From the NCBI GenBank assembly GCA_964016885.1, contig OZ024755.1, positions 18,724,001 through 18,788,000 on the forward strand: a DNA stretch of 64,000 nucleotides, given 5' to 3'. The stretch is from Eledone cirrhosa (Eukaryota). Below the pieces are notes generated by a model, which was given only the letters and a program-made list of their open reading frames with translations, was not told the DNA's origin and ran no database searches. The stretch's first letter is position 1. Each line of letters begins with the position of its first letter. This document shows, piece by piece, positions 52,716-64,000 of this stretch. The translations under genes and the position numbers were made by a program.

Positions 52716-53707
52716 TCATATATATATATATTTATATATATATATATATATATACACACACGTGTACATACTCAATTCTATTTTACCCATAAATTTAAAA
52801 AAGAAGTGAAAAATCCCCCTATAATATCTAACCCTTTGTTTAAAGCCAACAGACAGAAACGACTAGCTGAGGTTGAAATGCCATGACTGCAACTTTACTA
52901 AAACAATAGAACAGAAATAGACTAGGAATTAAAGTGGGTGAAGAGGGGGGGGGGGGGGTTAGGATCCTCCCCTCCTTTTTTATATACTATTATTTTTTCT
53001 TCTCCTGAAAAATAAAAGACAGTAAATAGTGTGGAATATTTTACAGTTTGGATTGGATTGTCTTGTTAGATGGAGGGATTTCCTTTTCTTTTTACAGCTG
53101 ATGAGAAAACAAAAAAAGGTCAAAGAGAAATAAGCTAAAGAAAATATTTCTGTTTCCACAAGAGCAGTAAATGAGGAATATTGGATTTGACAACACAAAG
53201 AAAATAAATTGTTTTAGTACACGAGACTTGCTATTCTTAATTTGAACTAACCCCTTCTCTCCTTCACTATACTGACCCAATATACTTCACTAAAACAAAA
53301 ACGAAGTTCCAAAATTCATGTTATTTGTTTAGGAAAAGGAGGAAAAAAATAAGAACAATTTGGCAAAAGAAAGTTTCAAATTTGTACGATGTGTTCCATA
53401 TAGTGTCCTTAGTTTCTTGTAGACATACCCAACACATTTATTTATTCTACAAAACGGAATATTTTATATACATTTATTATTATATAAGTTTATGCTTGGT
53501 AAGGAGCTGGGTATCACCAAGCATTTCTAAGGCCCATTCAAATGCCATGGTGGACACAGTCAAATGTTTAGAGTGGCACACACAATGATTAGTTGCAACA
53601 GTTACAGGAACATGATTCATTATATAAGTTTAAGAATGAGACCTACAAGGTAGACTGGCTCTTTCAGCACATCTCCCTTATTATCCCCCAGAGTAACATA
53701 TTAGCAT

Positions 53708-54020
53708 TTCTGTCCAGAGGGACCATGTATCTGCTGGGATCATGAAACAATACCTTCTTAATGTTTGGCAAAGGATATGAGATGGTTACATATCTGTCTA
53801 GAGGGACCATGTATCTGCTGGGATCATGAAACAATACCTTCTTAATGTTTGGCAAAGGATATGAGATGGTTACATATCTGTCTAGAGGGACCATGTATCT
53901 GCTGGGATCATGAAACAATACCTTCTTAATGTTTGGCAAAGTTATATGAGATGGTTACATATGTGTGCAGGGGGACCATGAAGTAATACCCTCTTGATGT
54001 TTGGCAAAGGATGAGAGATG
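53708..54020. repeat. 84-bp tandem repeat, about 3.7 copies
   Basis: AGAGGGACCATGTATCTGCTGGGATCATGAAACAATACCTTCTTAATGTTTGGCAAAGG repeated. Confidence 0.9.
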
Positions 54021-54480
54021 GAAGTTCTGACATTGGTGATATACTTGTTATTGACTGATTCAATTTAGCAGCACTTGAACATAATCTTTCCTCACCCTTG
54101 TAACACATGATTAATACCACTCTTAGAAATAAGTGAACCAAATATCTCTATTTAAGACACAGTAGAGTAAAATGGAGGTACAGTGCCTTGTGGTAAGGGT
54201 GTTGAACTTATGATGATGATGATGTTGTGGGTTCAATTTCTGGAGTGGGTTATGTGTTGTGTTCTTAAGCAAAACACTTCACTTCATGTTGCTCCAGTAT
54301 ACTCAGCTGAAAATGAGTACCAGCAATAGCTGGGGGTTTAACTCTTTGATGGAATGGTGTTCAGTGGAGGGAGTCTTGTACTGTGTCACTTCACGACATG
54401 GAAACTGATATCAGCCAAATGAGTCTCCGGGGTCAAGACAGACTCTAGACTTTAGAGATTAAATTGGTAGATTAATTTAA

Positions 54481-54700
54481 CCCTTTAGCATTTAAACTGG
54501 CCGTATCTGGCCAAAATTCTCTCACCTCTTTCTGTTCAAACCGACCATAACTGGCCACTCATACTGTTGTTAAGATATTATTCTCAAAATAAATAATATC
54601 AAAACCTCATAGATTCAATATTATGTGAGATATCATGTGAAATAAAGTGTTTATTATGATAATACAATAGTAAATATCGAGTAAGGTAAATGCTAAGGAG
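54481..54700. mobile_element. MITE family C; others at 62583-62783, 63842-63990, 60760-61093 (internal duplications), partial at 43446, 45675, 59440
   Basis: TIRs and TTAA flanks. Confidence 0.75.
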
Positions 54701-55655
54701 TTAAGTGCAAGAAAAACTACTTGGTGATACCCATCTTTTTCTGTTTAGGGGGTTTGTATGTCCCATTATTTGACTATTTTATTTAGTTAAAATGCTAGTG
54801 AAGCCTTCCATTTCCAAACCTCACTTGCTGCTTTCTAAATACACTTCCTTTATCTACATGAGTATTTTATTTGTGTGTATGTATGGGTGTGTGTATGTGT
54901 GCCTGTATTTGTGTGTCTGTATGTATGAGTGTGTATATGTCTGTGTGTGTGAGTGAATGTGTCTGTGTTTGTATGTATGAGTGTGCATATGTCTATGTAT
55001 GAGTGTGTATATGTCTGTATGTGTGTGAGTGAATGTGTCTGTGTTTGTATGTATGAGTGTGCATATGTCTATGTGTGAGAGTGAATATGTCTCTATGTGT
55101 ATGTGAGTGAGTGTGTGTGTGTGTGCATGTGTCTATATTTGTGTGTATGTATGTATATATGAGTGCACATATGTCTGTCTGTGTGTGAGTGAATATGTCT
55201 ATGTATATGTGAGTGAGTGTGTGTGTGCGCATGTGTCTATATTTGTGTGTATGTATGTATGTATATATGAGTGCACATATGTCTGTCTGTGTGTGAGTGA
55301 ATGTGTGTCTGTATGTATGGGCGTGACTGTGTCTGTGTGTGTGTGTGAATGTGTGTCTGTATGTATGGGTGTGCATGTGTCTCTATGTGCGTGAGTAAAT
55401 GTGTGCCTATATGTATGTCTGTCTTAACATACATACATACACTTTCACATGTTCATCATGTAAACATGTGGTGATACAAACATTACCTACATGTGTTTCT
55501 TCTATTATTTCAGAATCCATCAAATACATACCATTGTTTTTATGAGCTGTATAATAGAATTAATGTGGTTTACTACTACCACCACTACCACAACTACTAC
55601 CACCACAACTACTACCACCACAACTACCACCACAACTACCACCACACCATCACAG

Positions 55656-55701
<46 letters not shown>

Positions 55702-56570
55702 AACCGCAACTACTACCACTACCACCACAACTATTACTACCACCAGCACCACCACTACTACTACCACCCCACCATCACAGCCACTACTACTACTACCACT
55801 ACCACCACCACTATTACTACCACCAGCACCACCACTACTACTACCACTACCACTACACCATCACAACCACCACTAATACTACCACTACCACCACCACTAC
55901 CACTATTACCACCACCACAACCACTACTACTACTACAACAACCACCACTACTACTACCACCACCACCCCACCATCACAACCACTACTACTACTACTACTG
56001 CTACAACAACCATCACCACCATTATCACCATCATCATCATCACAATAGTTAATTAGTATTGTAACTAATCTACATTTTAGTATTCATTAAAGTAGGTTTA
56101 CTAGTACTAATACCACCACTACCACCACTACTACTACCACCACCACTACTACCACCACTACTACCACTATTACTACCACCACCACCACCACCACCACTAT
56201 TACTACCACCACCACCACCACTACTACCACCACCACTACTACTACCACTATTACCACCACCACCACCACCACCACTACTACTACTATTACTACCACCACC
56301 ACCACCACTACTACCACCACCACTACTACTACCACTATTACCACCACCACCACCACCACCACTACTACTACTATTACTACCACCACCACCACCACTACTA
56401 CCACTATTACTACTACCACCACCACCACCACCACTACTACCACTATTACTAATACCAGCACCACAACTACTACCACTATTACAACCACTACTACTACCAC
56501 CACCACCACCACCACCACCACCACTACTACCACTATTACTACCACCAGCACAACCACTACCACCACCATC

Positions 56571-56602
<32 letters not shown>

Positions 56603-56747
56603 CACTACTACAACAACAACCATCACCACTATTCCTACTACTACCACAACCATCACCACCATTATCATCATCATCACGATATTTAATTAGTATTATAACT
56701 AATCTACATATTTATTAAAGTAGGTTTACCTGTTGGGAATTTCCATT

Positions 56748-56781
<34 letters not shown>

Positions 56782-56982
56782 TACTGTACATGTGACTATG
56801 TGTGTATGTGCATGCATGTGTACACACACACACATGCATATTTTGTACATGTGACTATGTGTGTTCATGTGCATGTATATATGTGTGTGTACTCATGTAT
56901 ACACACACACAGACACACACACAGACACACACACACACACAGACACACACATAGCTTTATTAGCTTTATTATATAGAAACGA

Positions 56983-57775
56983 TGGTGGATTGGCAGTATC
57001 GGTAGAGGGTCAGACACCATGCTTTACAGCATAGAGTTATGACCCTTTACGTTCTGAGTTCAAATCCCGCCGAGGTTAACTTTGCCTTTCATCCTTACAG
57101 GGTCGATAAAATAAAGTACCAGTAATACACTGGGTCATTGCTGGCCTTGTGCCAAAAGTAGAAACAATTATATAGAAACTACGGTGGATTGGTAGTATCG
57201 GTAGAGGGTCAGACACCATGGCAGTATCGGTAGAGGGTCGGACACCATGGCAGTATCGGTAGAGGGTCGGACACCATGGCAGTATCGGTAGAGGGTCGGA
57301 CACCATGGCAGTATCGGTAGAGGGTTGGACACCATGGCAGTATCGGTAGAGGGTCGGACACCATGGCAGTATCGGTAGAGGGTCGGACACCATGGCAGTA
57401 CCGGTAGAGGGTCGGACACCATGGCAGTACCGGTAGAGGGTCAGACACCATGGCAGTATCGGTAGAGGGTCGGACACCATGGCAGTATCGGTAGAGGGTC
57501 GGACACCATGGCAGTATCGGTAGAGGGTCGGACACCATGGCAGTACCGGTAGAGGGTCGGACGCCATGGAAGTATCGGTAGAGGGTCGGACACCATGGCA
57601 GTATCAGTAGAGGGTCGGACGCCATGCTTTGCAGCAAGGAGTTACGTCCCATTATGGTCTGAGTTCAAATCCCGCGGAGGTTAACTTTGCCTTTCATCCT
57701 TACGGGGTCGATAAAATAAAGTACCGGTAATGCACTGGGTAATTGCTGGCCTTGTGCCAAAAGTAGAAACAATTA
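56983..57775 (+). mobile_element. SINE A, two tandem copies; the second has its 29-bp head amplified about 15 times
   Basis: Unit TGGCAGTATCGGTAGAGGGTCGGACACCA at 57190-57625; ATTATATAGAAAC at all three junctions. Confidence 0.85.
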
Positions 57776-57888
57776 TATAGAAACTACCAAATACAACAGC
57801 TGCAGTTTGATAACGGCTGTCTTCCCCAATTGGTGGACAGTCTGCATTCAGTTTGCCAAGTTCCAGCAATGCAGACTTTGTGTGTGTA

Positions 57889-57975
<87 letters not shown>

Positions 57976-60255
57976 AAGAGAGAGAAAAAGAGAGAGAAAA
58001 AGAGAGAGAAAGAGAGAGAAAAAGAGAGAGAAAGTGTGAGAGAGAAGAGAGAGAAAGTGTGAGAGAGAAGAGAGAGAAAAAAAGAGAGAGAGAGAGAGAG
58101 AGAGTAGTTTAGGACAGTGTCAGGTGATTCGATGGCAATCCATTTAAGGCAGTGCCCCAGCATGGCCACAGTCTAATAATAACTGAAAGCAGTAAAAGAA
58201 TAAAAGAATAAAAGAATAGAAGAACAAGACAACTTGACAACCTCTCACCTGAATTGGATAACAAACAACTGAGTTAATCCTCTCTGGATGAGACACAAGT
58301 AATAGAACATAGAGGAAGGAACACTCTGAACAATTTCCCACTTAAGAAAGAAAAAAGGGGAAGGTTTATATCCTGCTTTGATGATAAATAAAGAAAAGAT
58401 ATCACCTTGAAATACTGAAAGCTAAGACCTTCACCACCTTCCACAGGAAGACAAATTAACCAAACATTACTTTGTCTCTCCCTCGCTCTATCTCTCTATC
58501 CCCCACTCTCTCTCTCTCTCTATCCCCCTCTCTCTCTCTATCTCTATTCCCCACTCTTTCTCCCTTTCTCTATCTCTCTATCCCCAACTCTCTCTCTCTC
58601 TATCTATCCCGCACTCTCTCTCTCTCTCACTCTCTCTCTCCCCCACTCTCTCTCTCTATCACCCCACTCTCTCTCTCTATCACCCCACTCTCTCTCTCTC
58701 CCCCACTCACTCTCTCTCTCTATCCCCCACTCTCTATCTCTATCCCCACTCTATCTCTATCCCCCACTCCCCCCCTCTCTCTCTATCCCCCACTCTCTCT
58801 CTCTATCCCCCTCCTCTCTCTCTATCCACCCCTCTCTCTCTATATATATATTAATACACACACACACATATATATATACATACACACGTATGTAATACAA
58901 AGCAGAAGATATATAAAGGAAAGGAACTATACTCAGATACACACTAGAAAATTACAAAAACAAAAAAAAAGAAAACTACATAAAAAAAAAGAAAAGAAAG
59001 AAAAGAATTCAAGAAAGATGTGTGTGGAGGAGGAGGAAGAGGAGGAGGAGGAGAGGGGGGGGGGGGGGGGGGGTAAGGTTGGGTAGGAAGCTGTGGGACG
59101 AGGTGAAGGAGGTGAAGTGAGGTCAGCTACCAAGCTGAATAGTAAACAAGAGCTAACTAAAGTAAGGAGTTAGTACTATAAGGTACAGAATAAACATAAG
59201 AGATAAACAAGATAAACATAAGAGAGAGAACCTGTAATACAAGGGTCACAGAGACCAGTACTTTTAGTATGAATTAAACTTTGGCTCAATCAAATCCCCA
59301 CAAAAATTATTGCAAAACAAAATACTCAATAGTAAAAAAAACTGTACAATATATATGGCAATAAAGCAATTAAAGAAAAGAGAGGATAATATGAAAGAGG
59401 ATAATAAAAAAAAAGGGGGGAAGTGAAATTCTTGCTTAATCCTTTAGCATTTACATTACTCTATATATACTATTGTATGTTTGTGGCAATTATCTCACAT
59501 AATTATCTCACATAATATTCAAAGAATTTTAATAGTCGAGAATTTGAAGGGTTTAGTAATATAACTAAATTTCTTGTTATCAAGCTGGTGTTTGGAACAT
59601 AACATAACAAAGGTTCCTATATAAAATTATGATGGAAAAGTTGCAGATAAATATGAACACTTTAAAACAAGTAGTTATGTATTTTAGAACCAAAGGTAGT
59701 TTCTGTGGCTGCAGCCCAGGTAACCCTTCATTTTGTGCTCCCCTGCCCCACAAAAAAATACAGCATATTATACAGTGGCTCCCTCTTAAAGTGTTGATGC
59801 CATAAAAGTGTCTCCCAGGGCAGACAGCTCCTTTGTGCAGAGATACTGAGCTGAAAAGGACCCTTCCAATCCAGGCAAGCATAGCAAATGGAATTAAAAA
59901 AACGATGACGCTGATGATGATGATGAGTAAGAGGATTATATCATAGAAAGATCTATTACACTTCAACTTGTAAAGCACGCAGTTATTTCTTTAGAATCAC
60001 AGATTGCGTAGACATCTTTGATGAATTGGTTCGCAAGTCAAAGTGTAAAGAAGCAGTCAATTGATCTGTCTATTTACTGTTATGTCACTGTCTGATATCA
60101 GGTCTAATAACAATGAAGAAAATATAAAAATATAATAATACTACATCAACAATATAATAACATATCATAAAATAATCTTCAAAATTAAATAACAATTCTG
60201 ATGATGATGACAATGATATTGGTGATGATGATGATGATGGCAGTGAGGATGTAGA

Positions 60256-60555
60256 TCAGAGGTTCTCAAACTTTTGGGGCCATTGCCACCCTCACAGCCA
60301 TATAACACCCTCAGCGCCCCCAACCCTATTTCCAGAGAGACCTGTCTACAAGCACTTTGTAAACAATATATAATAAATAAAATGTTGAATTTATATATAA
60401 TAAATAATATAATATATATTATGTATAAATAGATATTATATATTTTTTATTTTATATTTATTTATAATATGTTTCATTTGATATTCAATATACTATTATA
60501 TCATCTCTACCCCCCCCCCCCCACTGCCCCTTTAGGCCACAGCGCCCCCCTGGAC
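60256..60555. mobile_element. Possible hAT-type element fragment
   Basis: CAGAGGTTCTCAAACTTTT terminus followed by GCGCCCCC subterminal motifs; the other TIR is not found. Confidence 0.4.
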
Positions 60556-61152
60556 CTTATCAAGCCCCATGATAGGGGTCCTTTTGGGGGTAATATTTTA
60601 CATGCAGATGCCCTCCTTGGCACTAAACCTCTTTTAATTACACCTTACAAGAAGTAGAACAAAGAACTAGGTGTGTAGATAGAATAAATAATTTGAAAAT
60701 CAGCACTATTTCAATAGCAAAGAAATAATTATTTCTGATTTAGACACAAGGACAACAATTATGTATTTTCACTGCAAAGGCTTTACCTCACATAATTATC
60801 TCACATAACATTTAGATTACTCTATATTTACTATTGTATTTTCACTGCAAAGGCTTTACCTCACATAATATCTCACATAACATTTACATTACTCTATATT
60901 TACTATTGTATTTTCACTGCAAAGGCTTTACCTCACATAATTATCTCACATAATATCGAATCTGTGAGATTTTGATATTATTTATTTTGAGAACAATACC
61001 TTAACGTCAGTATGAGTGGCTGGTTACAGCCGGTTTGAACAGATAGAGGTGAGAGAATTCTGGCCAGATACAGCTGGTTTAAATGCTAAAGGTTTAAATT
61101 AAATGTAGAGTTAAATAAAAGGCAAAATGAAAAGAAGAATTATTTCTGTTTG

Positions 61153-61312
61153 CCAGGCATAGCTGGGTGGTTAAGAACTTTGCTTCCAGAACCACGGGGT
61201 TTGTAGTTTGATCCGACAGCACCACAGCTTGGGTACATTAGTCAAGTGTCTTCTATCAGAGCCTTGGACCAACCAATGCCTTGTGGGTGAATTAGGAATA
61301 AGGAAACCATAG
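61153..61312 (+). mobile_element. Old tRNA-derived CORE-type SINE (family G); also at 27495-27650 (-) and 39945-40020 (-)
   Basis: CAGGCATAGCTGGGTGGTTAAGAAC head and CAAGTGTCTTCTA..GCCTTGTGGGTGAATT body. Confidence 0.55.
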
Positions 61313-61813
61313 GGTAGCTCATTATACAATGTTGTAATTAGGCAGAAACACTCAATATCATGGGAGCCACAAGATTATTTTGAAAGAGTTAAATTCAAGC
61401 CAGAGACTGAGTTTAAATGATCCCCCACCTCTCAATTCTCTCTTTCCCTCATTGTCTTTCTTCAATATTATTGTTGTCAGTCAACCAACAATGAAACAGT
61501 TACTTAAATCAAGTTTGTACTGTTCTATAAAGCATAAGATGTTGAGAGAGAGAGAGGGGGGGGGTGAACAGGGCAGGCTGTATAAATAGAAAACATATGG
61601 GAAAAAGGACTTTTCACAAGAACAATTCTAGTTTTTACTATTTATTTTAGTTTGCAAGTTTCCCTTTATTTTGACAACTATAATTCAACTATTAAAGAAA
61701 AAACTATATATATATATATATATATATATACGTTATTCCGGGTTGAATCGGAGGTAACCACAGTAAGTAAGGTACTCAATACATAGCAGAGTATAACAGT
61801 TTTAATATAGATG

Positions 61814-61864
61814 AGATTCTACAGGACTAGAACTGTTTCATTCATTAGAAATCATCAGGAATCT
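61814..61864 (-). ncRNA. Hammerhead ribozyme motif, family H2 (inverted copy)
   Basis: Reverse complement of 62250-62300, inside a 130-bp inverted repeat arm. Confidence 0.65.
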
Positions 61865-62249
61865 GGGTATCAAAAAATAAATATGGTATTTATAGGTCTC
61901 TACAAGTGGTAGGAGAGGGTGGGGAGTGGGATGGGTGCAGGTCATTGGTTGATAGAGAAGGGAATTCATTAAAAGCTAATTCTACATAGCTATAGTTAAT
62001 TTATATTTATTTATGTTTTTAGAGTAACAAAGGCAGACAGAATTCTATAAACAGGTTCCGGATGGCATACCATTCCTTGTCAATAAGTTTCTCTTAAGCT
62101 AGCAGATGTCTATAAAATCAGTGGGGGGTCATTCATGCTCGATAGAATTAAAGAAAAGGGAGATTCTTTAATAGCTAAAGTCATTAACTCCCCACCCTCT
62201 CCTACCACTTGTAGAGACCTATAAATACCATATTTATTTTTTGATACCC

Positions 62250-62300
62250 AGATTCCTGATGATTTCTAATGAATGAAACAGTTCTAGTCCTGTAGAATCT
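62250..62300 (+). ncRNA. Hammerhead ribozyme motif, family H2
   Basis: AGATTC-CTGATGA-TTTCTAATGAAT-GAAA-CAG-TTCTAGTC-CTG-TA-GAATCT: 6-bp stem I, GUA triplet; stem II closed by U-U rather than G-C. Confidence 0.65.
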
Positions 62301-64000
62301 CATCTATATTAAAACTATATATATATATATATATATATATTGTCTGGCGACACTGTGAGTGCATAGGTGAAACTCCAGAATAACAAGACTCACTATTTAG
62401 CCACAAGAAATGAATATTTATATATATATAGTTTGCTAAATTTTCACCTTAAGATAATAAATAATAAATTATTTCCACACCAGTTCTAATACTTAAATCA
62501 AATGTCAGGTTTTAATGTTAAATGTTTTTCTGTTCCCTATTAAACAACCTTTTTATAAGACACATTATGGTCAGAGTTTTAACCCTTTAGCATTTAAACC
62601 AGCCACATTCGGCCAGAATTCTCTCACCTCTTTCTGTTCAAACTGGCTGTAACTGGCCACTCATACTGACATTAAGGTATTGTTCTTAAAATAAATAGTA
62701 TCAAAATCTCATAGATTCGATATTATGTGAGATAATTAGTGAAATAAAGAGTTTACTGTGAAAATACAATAGTATATACAGGGTTAAACTACAATATCAA
62801 TTGATGGCTAATAAAATACTGACAGCTACTGATATCTTTATTTTTATTGGTATTTGACATTGGACTGTGGTCATGCCAGGGCTGCTGTTATAAGGCCATT
62901 TTCCCTGCTAAAGCAGGAATTAGCCTTATGGAGTCCCAGGATAGGCTTCACCCGCATTATGGAATCCTTTTTCTGGTAAATTTTACAGATGGGTGCCCTT
63001 CCTGGCACCAACTGCATCAGTTGCCATTTCCAACACACAGGGATATGTTTTATTAATTCTGCACTAGATACATACAGTAAAGGGATAAAATGGAAGAGTG
63101 ACTTTTTTGAAAATATAAACTCTATTTTATTATATACTACCGAGGTTAGCTTTACATTTCATCCTTACGAGCTCAATAAAATAAAGTACCAGTAACCTAC
63201 TGGAGTCGATTTAATCCACTTTCCCTTCCATCAAAATTGTTGGCCTTGTGTCTAAATCAGAAACCATTACTTTTTTCTTTTAGTTTTCTCTTAACTATAA
63301 CCTTCACTTCTTTAATTTTTATGTCAGCCCTTCAAGTTGAGGTTGAGGGTTGAGGGTTGGCATATAAATTAAAATAGTAGGGAGGGTTCTAGTTAAACTA
63401 ACCCCACTTTCTCCTAATCTAATGTTTATATTTAAAATAATAAAAAAAAAAAAAAAAAAAAAAAGAGAGATTTCCAACACAATAAGCAGATATGATGTAT
63501 GTATTGCATTGACTGACAGAAGGCTTTCATGGCGGAGGGTGGTGGGGTAGGGGTGGAAAGTGGGGCAAAGGAAACAGTACCCCCCCCCCCCCCCCACACC
63601 TGCCCTGTCACCACATGAAAACAGGAATCTAACTGTATTGCTATTGTAACTGTAAAAATGGGATAAATGCTTCACCAGTCAGACCTTGTTGTTTTTGTTG
63701 TTTAGCTTCTGGTAAGCATGGATCAAGCAGGCCTATGATAAAAAAAGCACTCCAACCAGGACCACACTATAGAGTATTTCTCCTCCTCAGGACTAGATTA
63801 TCTAATATGTCAGTTTATAGGACAAGCAGGTTGTGGTTTAACCCTTTAGCATTTAAACCGGCCATATCCAGCCTGAATTCTCTCATCTCTTTCCGTTCAA
63901 ACCGGCTGTAACTGGCCACTCATACTGATGTTAAGGTATTGTTCTCAAAATAAATATCAAAATCTCATAGATTCGATGTTATGTGACAATAGTATATATA

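Noticed and set aside
53664-53939. In-frame 28-aa repeat protein from the 84-bp repeat
   Set aside because: Units are nearly identical at DNA level, no recognisable domain or splice context, and the frame breaks in the diverged unit

Overview
AT-rich, repeat-saturated animal genomic DNA. The SINE/LINE repertoire and (TA)n/(AG)n/(ACC)n microsatellites look like an octopod cephalopod; this is recognition, not a database result. I see no confidently identifiable host protein-coding exon: most ORF-track entries are microsatellite or minisatellite artefacts, and the recognisable peptides are decayed RTE-clade LINE reverse-transcriptase pieces and one mariner transposase remnant. The window holds about 20 copies of one tRNA-derived SINE, several other SINEs, about 12 copies of a TTAA/CCCTTTAGCATT MITE, single hAT and pogo/Tigger MITEs, and about 10 minisatellites, many traceable to pieces of those TEs. 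The most interesting signal is a set of small elements in or next to (TA)n tracts that carry minimal type-I hammerhead ribozyme motifs (CUGAUGA...GAAA...UH). At least three sequence families are present, two show compensatory base-pair changes between copies, and several sit in inverted pseudo-LTR arrangements typical of Penelope-like elements or retrozymes. Coordinates were read by eye and may be off by a few bases.
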